A stretch of DNA of 55,191 nt, the filler included, from Basidioascus undulatus (Eukaryota), in the NCBI GenBank assembly GCA_000826855.1. It is 3 parts of 3 records of this genome, joined end to end, with 100 filler letters (N's around TTAATTAATTAA, not from the genome) between each part and the next. Parts side by side here need not be neighbours in the genome. Positions count along the whole stretch, not along the records: positions 1 to 18,315 come from JTLS01000469.1; 2 more parts are not named here. One strand, 5' to 3'. Every line of letters starts with the position of its first letter. The first letter of the stretch is position 1. The notes below the pieces were generated by a model. It was given only the letters and a program-made list of their open reading frames with translations, searched no databases and was not told the origin of the DNA. The position numbers and the translations under genes were made by a program. Shown here piece by piece: positions 1-10,701 of the stretch.

Positions 1-93
1 GCGAACAGCAGGCTGCGGCAGAACATCATCCCATTTCGCCCTCTTCTTCAGGAGGAGATAACAAACTGAGCACAATAACCCGCAACCCTCCAG

Positions 94-1098
94 ATCCAAA
101 ACTGCCAAGTAACAGCGGTCAAGCCGCCCCCGTCCACCTCGCCCTGGTGGGCCGTCCAGCTCGGCGCGACGGACCGCAAGGCGAAGCGCGTGTCCGCGCC
201 CATGCTCGGCCACTTCCGCGCCGCGGGCGTCGAGCCCAAGCGCAAGGTCGTCGAGTTCAAGGTGTCGGCCGACGCGCTCGTGCCCGTCGGTGCGTCTTCG
301 ATCGGGGAGTTGGATGGGGGAAGGAGCGGGATGGCTGAGAGGCGGTGGTGGGATTGCGGGTAGGGACGACGCTTAGCGCGGCGCACTTCGTGCCGGGCCA
401 GTTCGTGGATGCTATCGGTACCTCGTGCGTCTCTTTCTCACACCTTTCAGGCGCTCTTCGTAGGCGTGCGGTGTAGGTGGCTGACTTGGGTCCGGGAAAA
501 CAGCGTCGGAAAGGGCTACCAGGGTGTCATGAAGCGCTGGAACTTCCGCGGTCTCAAGGCGTCGCACGGTGTTTCCATCTCTCACCGTTCCGCCGGCTCG
601 ACGGGTGGTCACCAGGTGCGTATTCTTTCCCCCTCCCCTCCCCTCTCTCTCCCCTCTCTCCTCACGCTCCCTCCCTCCCTTCCCTCCCCTCGCAGGACCC
701 CGGCCGTGTCTTCCCCGGCAAGAAGATGGCAGGCCGGATGGGCGGCGAGCGCGTGACGGTGCAGAACCTGCCCGTCATCCGCATCGACACCGCGTCCAAC
801 GTCATCTTCGTCAAGGGCGCCGTACCCGGCTCAGACGACGGCTTCGTCCTCCTCCGCGACGCGAAGAAGAAGCTCGTCACGCACAGCGCGAACCGTGCGC
901 GGCGCGGGGAGAAGGCCCTCCCGCGCGGCGTGGAGGACTTGCCGTTCCCGGCGGCGACGGTGGAGATGGTGAGTAGTCCGGATGACGGGGAAGAGGAGGG
1001 AGAAAGGGGAAGGGTGCTAATTTGTTGGGTGGGCGGTGCGATAGGCGAAGGACTGGCCCGAGGTCATCCAGGCTCCGGCGCAGGGCAAGCCGGTGTGA
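94..1098 (+). CDS. MRPL9: Mitochondrial ribosomal protein uL3 (yeast Mrpl9-like), 5'-partial, multi-exon
   Basis: Spliced exons give uL3 motifs [42 protein letters not shown] and [18 protein letters not shown]...VKGAVPG. The window begins in an intron (acceptor CAG 91-93). Stop TGA at 1096-1098. Confidence 0.93.
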
Positions 1099-1633
1099 GC
1101 GCGTGGGGGCGCGAGGAATGCATGGGCTTGATGCGCAATTGCTTCGTCTTGCCCGGATTTGCCTGTATTTGCTCTTGCGTGAAGATGTTTGGAAGGGAAC
1201 GACGCTGGGCAAGGTTGCTCTAAGCGAGCCGTAGCTTGTGATTGAACCTGAGGGAGTCTGCACAGGACATTCATCCCCTGATGATTCTTTTTGCTCATAT
1301 TTGTTCCGACAACATGGCTCAGAAAATGAGAAGTAGGCAAACCATTCGGAAGAAACTAGACTGCTCGGCTTCACAGCCGTGAAACTGAAGGCGAGTAGAG
1401 TATCGGCATGATAGGTACGATTGCTCGCTTATCCGTGAACATAATTGGCGGACCAAGAGAACATAATGAGAATGCAAGGAAACATTGTTGAGTAGGGCTG
1501 CCCGGGCGGCGGTTCCATTTGCCACCTTTGCGCCTTTGTTATTCCCTTTCAAGTTCTCGCTCGCAGGCCTGTCAATAACGTGCTCCTGTCTTCCTCAATC
1601 TCCGTTATCGGTGCTTTCCACCCTCGACATACC

Positions 1634-2515
1634 ATGCTTCTGATCGCTCGTACAGTCCCTCGTACGTCGTTACGACAGACCCTTGCGTTCAAGGCGGCCC
1701 TGAACAGATCCTTTTCCTCCACCCCTCACTTGCGCCTCTTCTCGCCCTCGAGCATTCGTCGTCACATCCCGAGTGGCCACGCAGAATCCTACTGACAAGG
1801 GTTCTGCCCGAAGTCGACAGGCGGCGAGTACTTCTACTCCAACCGGCACTACGACGGGCCTCCGACGCTGGATGACGAGGTCGGCGTGAGGATAGAAGCC
1901 TTCCAAGCGAACCATCGGTCGCAAAGCGCGATATCTGGGTCACGCTCGCTCCTAGGCCGCTCGGCCCCGAGGGTGCGCGTCTCGCCGCCGTCGAGCAGCC
2001 CCTCTGGCGCCTACAGTTTGACCTTAAGGGAGGCAGGCTTGTCAACTACTTCTTGGACGGCGATGGCTTCGCATCGTCGTTGAGCCCGAGGGCTCTCGAG
2101 CTGGACGGACCCGACGCATTGGATCTGGCAAAGATTGAAACAATACAGAAGGAGTCGTGAGATTATCCGCCTCGATTATGGCCGCTACGGGTGCGAGGAC
2201 ATGGCCGTCCAGCGATGGGAAGAAGAAGGCCTCGAGGAGGAGGAATTGGAGGAGCCTGTTGTTCGAAAGGCGACGCTGCTGCGCCCTCCGCCGACCGAGC
2301 CTCTCCACGTCCGCCTCGCAGCCGACGTCCCGCCCTGTCCGGAGATGCACCGGGCGCTCATCGCCGAAGACGATTTCACCCTGAACGTACGCTCGCCGGA
2401 GGACGTCAAGCTCGACGTCGAGAAGGTCGCCGACCGTAAGTTCGTCTTCTCGAGCAAGCGCGGGCATCGGTTTAAGGTTGAGTGGAAGTCGGTCGATGCT
2501 GCCAAGTTGGGTTGA
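1634..2515 (+). CDS. Hypothetical protein or decayed gene with an Arg/Ser-rich presequence-like N-terminus
   Basis: ATG 1634 (MLLIARTVPRTSLRQ...RSFSST), branch site TACTGAC near 1790, acceptor at 1820 and coding-like blocks to 2515. I could not join the blocks into one open frame. Confidence 0.3.
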
Positions 2516-3239
2516 TTTCAGGAGGAAGGGATCCTTTCGGAGCACAGTCTGCGGACGGAATGCATGAAACTTGTGACATACCGAGCTGTGTGCAGCGCTC
2601 GCTACAAATCGCTACTGCTGTGCTGCGGTTCAGTTTTCTTCATCGGTCTTTAACCCAGGGAAACTCAGCGCGCCTCTCCTCGAAGGCTGTAAGAGAGTCC
2701 ATCAGTCTCTCCATCTTTGCTGATCTGGGTGGCTTTCGGACCCTCGTCACAACCATTGCACTTGCGGGACCTTACCTAGTCCAGCACTTTACCATACTGC
2801 CAGAAGGTAGACTACCTGCTTTCAATCCCTCGCAAAGGAATCTAAAGCGCGCCTTCCGCTTACAAACATGTATGGGCTCAAAGACGCGCTAACGTTCTCT
2901 TGTCGCCCGAGAAGAGTTTGCCGTATTTCTAGGATTGCCACATCACGCAATGTACACAAAGTGCAGGCCAATGCAACGCGTCGAATAAAAGAGAAAATGC
3001 CTCTTGATAGTCCGCGGGAGTTCCTCCGCCCATAGCGCTTCATTCTCTTGAATCGCGAGGATAATTGTCCGGATGCAACGTAGCAGACTGCACCATCGCA
3101 ATCAGCCACATCCCCTTCGGAGACGCCTTGTTGAAATATAGAGACGGCCTGAAATTTCTGATTGGTGTCGAAGCAAAAATCGATGCGAGTAATGAGTTTG
3201 CGCTTTACGCTCGCCCACCATGTCTCCGTCTCGATCTAT

Positions 3240-3880
3240 GCAAGGCGTGGACACAGTCCGATAGCGATTACGATGAAGCTGCATGAGGCGGTGGACGTAG
3301 ACCGAAGGCATCAGGCTTGATTGTTATTTTGTCAAAGTGTCAAGGGTCGCAGTCGAGCGTGTACTCCGACGCAAAGACCGCGTCTTCCTCGCAACCGTGT
3401 CGTGCAGCGAAAGCGTATACTCGAAAGGTTCCGAATGAACGAATGTGAGGTTCGGTCCCCGCAACGCTTGAAGGACGCCGCGGGCATCGTACTTTTCGGC
3501 AATCTTGCATACGTCCTGGATTTGGGGTCTTTGAAATTTGGAGGCGTAAAAGGGCTCGAGAAGGTCCGCCGGCTCGTCGACTTGCACGATGTCCGGAGCG
3601 GCTAGAGGTCCACTAGCGCTTGAAACGGCCCTTCGAGTCCGCGGAAGGACGAGGAAGATCCAGCATGGCTCGAAAGAACGGGTGAGCCCGCCGAAAATGC
3701 GAATCGATCGGCATGGAAGAGCGTGCCGTCCGAAGAGCGAAGTGCAAAATCGGTGTGCGTGGCGAAAAGCGGTGAGACCTTCGGAGGAGTCGCAGAAGCG
3801 ATGTCTGTTTCAGGCGAGTCCGGATCGAAGTCGAGTAAGGGCGATCGAAGAGTTGGTGCTGGGGGATGGAGGACGTTGAA
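3240..3880 (-). pseudogene. BTB/POZ-domain gene, frameshifted
   Basis: DFALRSSDGTLFHADRFAFSAGSPV, FRAMLDLPRP and PDIVQVDEPADLLEPF...IAEKYDA fall in three different frames with no intron signals between them. Shifts lie near 3676 and 3620. Confidence 0.6.
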
Positions 3881-4159
3881 CGGAAGCAAGGAGGAAGGGG
3901 AAGGCGGGCGCGAGGGGTGCGAGCTTTTGGACCGAATCAACGAGACCGTAATCGACTGTGTGCTTTCATTACGCTGGCGACCTGCGGCCGAGCAATGTAT
4001 GGGAGCAACGCAAGCGGTGGAAAGTCGCATCGCCATTCTTTTTCTGTTAGTAACGGAGGAGGTTGGCCACGACCGAGTCGGCCTGAAGACGAGTATTTAG
4101 ACCTAACTGAAGTGGGTTCACAATCTGTTCGTGCTGTCTTCCTCGCCCGAAAACCGCTC

Positions 4160-4730
4160 CAGTGGCACTCGATCTCTCGGCCTTCGTGTCCCTGTCGATC
4201 GACGAGCCCCTCGTCGGGGGGTTCGAGGACAGGGACTTCTTTGCCGGGGCGCGGCTGCCAAGCTTGCGCGAACTGCACGTTAACCTCGCAAGGCGGATTT
4301 GTTTGCCTGAGGCGTTGAAGGCATTCGTTAAGCGCCAGGGGCCGTTGCGCACAAGGACACGTCCTCCGTCGTAGACCTCTTGCGCTTGATGCCGGGGCTG
4401 CTCGTTCCTTTCTCGACTACCGCCCTCCGGAAAAGGGACCTCGCACCTCTTCCTCCTCTTCCGAACTTCCTAGCTAAAATGGCCCCTCTTAATTTCTCCC
4501 TGCCCTGCGGGACCCGAGCGCCCTCCCGCTCCGCGAACTGGTCGTCTACCACGGTCCCTACACGCTGCGCATCGTGCGCATCGCATAGCCCCGTTTTTCG
4601 TGGACTGATCCTGAGAAGGTGGTGCACGACTTTTTCGAGCCTATTGCTTCCGGTCATCTTCTCGCGGAGAATGATACCGTTCTTGTCGATGCGGACTGGC
4701 GGGACATTCATGGGAGACAGGTGACTGTTG
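4160..4730 (+). pseudogene. Relic of a leucine-rich (F-box/LRR-like) gene
   Basis: Fragments such as ARLPSLRELHVNL...PEALKAFVKRQGPL and VDLLRLMPGL are broken by stops and frame changes. Confidence 0.25.
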
Positions 4731-5414
4731 CGCAACGGAGAGGGCTCTTTGAGTCGAAGTAGGGCCATCACTTGTGTCCAGCGGGTGAATTAAGAGGAAG
4801 GAGTCTATTCAATTTGGTGCTTCATGCTTGTTGGATGTGGTGTCGAGTGTCACTTTCTCGTTTCTAGATCTGCCCAGCACCGACTTTTGCGTTGCAGTCG
4901 AAGCTCGTCACAGTGTCACTGCAAGGGATCACAGCAGCGGAGTCGAACATTGGCATACACAAGAGTCGTGGATCAGCGCTTTAATTTTTTGGGGGGTTTG
5001 TCTGTCAGTGTGGTATGAGGACCTGCCCGCCGATGGGATGCTTGCGGTCAGTAGCGGAGGACGCTTGAAACGTCGTTACCAGTGCGTCCTCGACACGAAA
5101 AGCACGGTGTCTGACGAGCTCCTCACTCCTGAGCATTTCCAGCTACTCGCACACTTGCGTCGATGCCGTGCTTGGGGCTTTTGCGAAGAGTGTAAGTTAG
5201 AAGTCGGTCGGTGCTGCTGGCTCATGAGTTGCTGCAACCGATGCTTCGTTTGGGGCAATCCTCATCACAAACGAGAGACCTAACCTGCTTGAGCTTCTGG
5301 CCCCAAACAAATGAATACTTTATGGGTCTAATAGCCTGTAAGTACAGTACTGCATGCATCGCCCGCCGGCCGCTCGCGTTGCCGGCGCCGCGTTTGCTCC
5401 CGCCAGCCCGCCCG

Positions 5415-5437
5415 CCGTTCCTAACCGGCAGACACCG
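5415..5437 (+). promoter_or_regulatory. Putative Aro80-type site CCG-N7-CCG-N7-CCG (candidate autoregulatory)
   Basis: CCGTTCCTAACCGGCAGACACCG about 300 bp upstream of the regulator ATG, with CCG at 5415, 5425 and 5435. Confidence 0.6.
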
Positions 5438-5735
5438 CGCCTGGTGATTCTTTCTGTCTCCCCCCCTGCACCCCTCGTCGTCGACTCACCCTGGGCGCTT
5501 TCACTGCGGCTCACGCCGATTGATATTTTCACAGTAATTCCCGTACTTTTTAGGCTATCCGGAGGACCGACGCCGGCGACTGAGCGGACGCGCTTACCCA
5601 CACCGCGCGGCAGAGGAGACGGTCCTCGACTCTGTGCGTCCCTTCAATAACCGCTCAGCCGGTCCCAGCCGCCATGGCGTGGCGCCGCGCTCACATCATA
5701 CGCGTTGGTTATACAAATGCAGTCGATTCTTGAAC

Positions 5736-8700
5736 ATGGACGCGCACGCGCACGACGCGGGTCCGGGCTCAGCGGACAAGCGATGGCCGGCCGAGCCGCA
5801 CAACCCCCAGGACTACTGCCAGCAACAGCAGGCACCACCACTCGTGCCTGGCTTTGGGGTGGGCGCGCAGCAGATAAGCGCCGGTGATGGGGGCTCGTAT
5901 AATGTCCTGGGAACTGGCGTTACTTCGCGTGAGTGTGCTTCGCATTCGTCTTGGGAAGGCCTTGGGGAAGGCGGTGGGAGACTGGGCAGCATGGACCTCA
6001 CACGCTCAACCACTTCCCTACGCTCATTCCATCGCAGCGTCTGAATCCTCGTCTACACCAGCACCCTCTACCGCCTCCGCCTCCCAGTCCGCGCAGCCCG
6101 GGCGCCCACACGTCCCCCAGCGGCGCGCGTTCAAAGCGTGCCTGAACTGCAGGCAGCGCAAAGCGCGCTGCGACCTGGGGGACATCGACTCTCCCGGCGA
6201 CCCGCCCTGCGCGCGCTGCCGCCGCGAGGGGCGCGAGTGCGTCTTCGCTGCGAGCAGGCGCGGCGGGCGAGGTCCGCTGGCGGGCAAGAAAGGTGCTGGG
6301 GAGAATGGGGGGGGAGGCGGAGTCAAGGAGGAGGGTTCTGGTTCGGGTGCGAGCGGGCGGAGGCTTTCAGACGGGACGCCGCTTCCACCCAGTATCTTCG
6401 ATTCGAGATACGACCGCCCGAAGCTCCCGCCCATCCACTCCCTCTCCTCCGGCTTCCCTGGCGCCGCTGCTGGCTCCCCCTCCGCGTCCCACTCCATCTT
6501 CCGCGTCGGGCCCAACGCACCTTCCCCCGCCCCCTCGTCCTCTCACCCTCACCCATCAGTGCCCGGCGCGCCTTCGCCCTCCTCTCTCCCCTCCTCTCTC
6601 CCCTCCTTTTTCTCCTCCTTCGCCGCGCCTGCATCCAAGCGCCCCGACACGGCCGCGTCATCCCCACACGACGGCACAGCGACCACCACCACGACGTCGT
6701 CCACGTCCCCCACCGCGCGCTCCATGTCCGGCTCGACCTCCCCCCCGCCGTATAAACGCAGGCGGACCCTGCCCGGCGCGCAGGCGCCCGTGGACCCAGA
6801 GAGACTCGCCGCCGCAAGCCTCCGCAACCCCGCCGACGCGCTCAACATCCTCGCGCTCGCGTCTGCCGCTGCGGAGCAGCACGCGCGCGGGTCGGACGAG
6901 GCGGAGGGGAGCCTCTCAGGCGAGGAGGCGGACGAGGCCGAGGACGCGCCCGTCGTGGACGGAGGCGGGGGTTCGAAGCGCCCGCGGTCCGACGGCGCAC
7001 TTACTCCGCAAGAAGACGGCGTCTCCCCCTCACATCACCATCATCACCACCACCACTCGTCCGCGCCCCCAAGCCTCGCGTCCTTCGAGCTTATCAAGCG
7101 CGGCGTCCTTACGCCCGCGCAGCTCGCCTCCGCCGTGGAGGCATTCTTCAAGCGCCACCACTTCGTCTTCCCCATCATCCCCGCGCACCGCATCCCCAAG
7201 AACGAGGCGGACCTGGCACGCTTCGCGCGCGACGAGCCACACCTCCTCACGGCTTTTGTCGTCATTGCCTCGAGGCATGATCGGAACTCGGAGGTGCACG
7301 ATAAGAGCTGGGCGTACATGCAGGTGCATCTTTTCGCCCCGGGCTGTCATGAGCGGCGCACAAGGCTCACTGATCTTCACTGGCTTTCCGGCGCTTGATC
7401 ATAGACGCTCATCAACGACCTCATGTTCGGGAAGGCGCCCTCGGTCGGCGCGGTCGAGGCGCTGCTGCTGCTGTCCGGTACGTGAACAAGGCGCCTTCTC
7501 TTCGTCTCTCAGGGCGAGCGCTTACGTTGATCCCCCTTTGCTCGCACTTCGCTCTCCCGCGCTATCGCAGAAAACATTCCACGCCAGCGCGACACCACTG
7601 AAGCCAACACGCACGCCGAGGAGAACCGGATGGCGTGGATGCTAGTGGGGAATGTAAGTGATGTGCTGCCCTCATTTCGCCGTTCCTGCTACCATGCAGT
7701 ACTGATTCGGGTCTTGGTGAACAGGCTGTTCGCATTGGGTGAGAAGGTAGTGCATGGTATCGACGCCGGATACTGACGTCGCCGCCATTGCCCCAGGTAC
7801 TTCCTCGGCCTCGACCAGAAGACCCTGCTTCCTACGCAGCCTCCGCCCGAAGACCCGGAGGACCGCAGCAATGAGGCGCTCGATCGAGAGCGGCTGGCCT
7901 GGACTTGTGCGTAGCCGCCTTGTGAAACGTTGGCGGAGGAACGATTCTGACTCGCGCGTAGCGACGCAGATTGCTACCTCTTCGACCGACAGTGAGTCTG
8001 GTTTTGCGGCAGAGCAGGGATGCATCCAGGGATGGATCAGCAGTCGGCTGATCTGCTAGCGGCGGCGGTGCACGATAGGATCTCCATTCGCGTCGGTGCG
8101 TGTTTGCTGTCCTACTTCTTCCTGCACGGCGCGGCTGACGCTCGATACTTGCAGGCAAGGCTTTCTGGAGCCGCGGGCCGGGGCTGTGCTTTCAAACGAG
8201 CAGCGCAGGCGGGAGCTACCCCTCTGCGGCGGACAACTTCCCCTCGCTTCGACTGATCCCAGGATCGCAGGACGACTTTTCGTCGCTCGTACAAGCGTGA
8301 GTGTTCGCCGCCCGCATGATGCTGCTTCTGAAGAGCTCGGTTACTGATGCTGCCAACCTGGCAGGTACGTCGAGCTCACGCAGACTATGACGTCCGCGCA
8401 CGACATCCTGTACCCGAGCAAGGACCGCACGATCGCGCTCGTCAAGATCGGGGAGTACTACAAGGTTGGTCGAGGAGGCTTGGAGAACGCGGTGCGGCAC
8501 TGACATGTTTGGTCGGTGCAGTACTTGGACGAGTTCACGCGGGCCATCGTGCGTTCTGTTTCATCAAAACACTCGGATCGGATGCTCACGATCTTGCTTC
8601 AGAACGGGTTCAAGATCGCCTGGGAGGGCAAGCGCTGGGCGACGTTCCCCCTTACCGAGCTCGTCTGGGTGCGCAGTTCTTGTCATGCTACCGCTAGATC

Positions 8701-10051
8701 GCTGGGCTGATCTTGGATCACACAGATCACGTACCACTACCTGCGACTCTACATATTCGGCTTCTCTTTCCAGGCGCACGTGCAGCGCCAGACGTCCAGC
8801 CCGACTGGGCGTCTGGGGCTCGCCGCAGACCAGGAGCGCACAGTCAACGTCGATACGGTCGTCTTCCCGCGGGGACCGATTGCCAGTGCGTTGCTCCCCC
8901 TCTCGCATTCGGGAGGTGCTTCTGCTGATCACGATTGCGGTGGTGTCTTGCAGGCCCGGATGCGAAGTTCATTCTGGAGGTGTGTATGACTTGTCGTCTA
9001 AGGTCGAGTGAGGCGTTGCTCATACCTGTGCCCCGTGCCCGCAAAGGCCATTGATGCTGCAGTAAGCCTGATTTATATATTCATTGCGCGCACGGTCTCT
9101 GACGCCGGCCTGTGTTACAGAGCGATCTGCTTCGTATCTGCACCGACCGCCTCCATCCCGGCGGCGCCCTTCCCTACCTCCCTTGGCGTTTCTACCTCTA
9201 CTTCTCCTATGCTGGTGTCTTTCTTCTCAAGGTGCGCTTGCTTCGACATAGCCTCTGCGAAGCCACGTTCTGACGTATGAGAGGTTCGACAGGCCGTCTT
9301 TGTTGGCGCCGTTGTCCCGCAAGACCAGCGCGCCATCCTCAAGCTCGTCAAGCGTCTCATCCTGTGCCTCGCCTGCGCAAGCACCGACGAGCAGCACCCA
9401 GGCGTGCGACACGCGCGGCTCCTCAACGGCCTCCTCCGCACGCTTAGCCGCGGCTCGGACCACTTCGTCAGCGCCGCGCCGACCGGCAACGTCACGCCCG
9501 TGCGTCGCTCATCACCTGAGCGCGACGTCGAGCCCCGGACCGCGGTGGAGGCCCTAGCCGCGCCCCCGAATTGGCCTGCGATAAATGGCCGCGAGACGAA
9601 CGGCACCGCACTGAGCAGAAGCCCGCGTCCAGCCGCGGCAGGACCTGCGAAGTCCGCCAACGGGAACGCTCGGCCTGACGGGTCAAGCATCGACGCCACG
9701 CTCGCGGCGCTCCAGCTGCCGTCCACCTCCGCCTTCGTGCCTCAGAACCCCGCGTTCCCGCTCGTGCCGTTCACCGAGACGCAGCCATTCCACCTGATCG
9801 CCTCGGCGCTGGACAAGCAGAGCCCCGCGGATCTGAGCGACTTCCAGTTCGACTTCGACCTCAACCTGCCGCACGCGCCCGATGCCTTCTCGCAGTTCCT
9901 CTCGGACGAGCACGCGCTCGACAGCGACTTCTGGCGCGCGTTCTCAGCGCAGAGCGACGCGGCCTTCTTGCACGGCGAGGGCGCCGGCGCGAATGCCCCC
10001 GCACATGCGCGCCCAAATGGCGGTGCTCCGGGGCTGGGTGCTGCTGGATAG
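5736..10051 (+). CDS. ARO80: Zn(II)2Cys6 transcription factor, Aro80-like, multi-exon
   Basis: ACLNCRQRKARCDLGDIDSPGDPPCARCRREGRECVF matches the Aro80-type cluster with its extended CDLG...DPPC loop. Also has an LRNPADALNILA motif, a His8 tract and fungal TF middle-region exons (EENRMAWMLVG, GFKIAWEGKRW). ATG 5736, first intron 5929-6037, stop TAG 10049-10051. Confidence 0.88.
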
Positions 10052-10285
10052 AGTTTGCACGGAGTGTGTTGAAGATGGTGTATGGGATCCGTGTTGTTTT
10101 GGTTTGTTGTACTCCCTGCAGTGTACTTTTCAATCTTTCATCTTGAGGTGGCACGATGGTTGGCTCGTTTTGAAGAAAGGTATTGGCTGTCTCGCTTACC
10201 GCGAGTTTTCGCGAGGGAAGGGACTGCTGCCTGCGGGAGGTCTTCGGCAGCCGTAGACTGCTGTTGTACGACACTACGCAAATCA

Positions 10286-10308
10286 CCGTTGCTAACCGGA
10301 GACAACCA
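10286..10308 (+). promoter_or_regulatory. Putative Aro80-type site CCG-N7-CCG-N7-CCA upstream of the permease
   Basis: CCGTTGCTAACCGGAGACAACCA. The first 14 nt match the 5415 site at 13 positions. About 400 bp upstream of ATG 10702. Confidence 0.6.
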
Positions 10309-10701
10309 CATTCAGAATGCAGAGTCGTCTCCATGCATATTCACGTGGCCGCTGTAAGGTCCAAGCCCATGGTAACGAGGCAACAGCATGGCCATGTGAA
10401 CAGCCCATGTGAACAGCTGAAGTCACGGTTGTCTGCCCGGCGATTCGGAGCGGAGACCGCCAGTAGCTCGAATGCATATCTTGAATTCTTCGCACACTCG
10501 GGCGCGCACCACTGCCGGACAGTCGCTTGTGATTCTAGCGAAACTGACTTCGGTCCCCCATCATAAAAGAGAAAGTTGGCCTGCGCAGCACGTTCACCCC
10601 CGATCCGTTTCGACTCACACTCAAGTCCCACCGCGGTCCAAATCACCTCCGGAGCCCCTTGCGTCCTTCCGAGCAACCTCACTCACAGCCGTCGCACCGG
10701 C

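Noticed and set aside
6293..7645. Long alternative-frame and antisense ORFs over GC-rich exons (also 43987-44934, 46262-47311, 27964-28674)
   Set aside because: Shadow ORFs caused by high GC and codon bias; Arg/Pro-rich with no domain signal.
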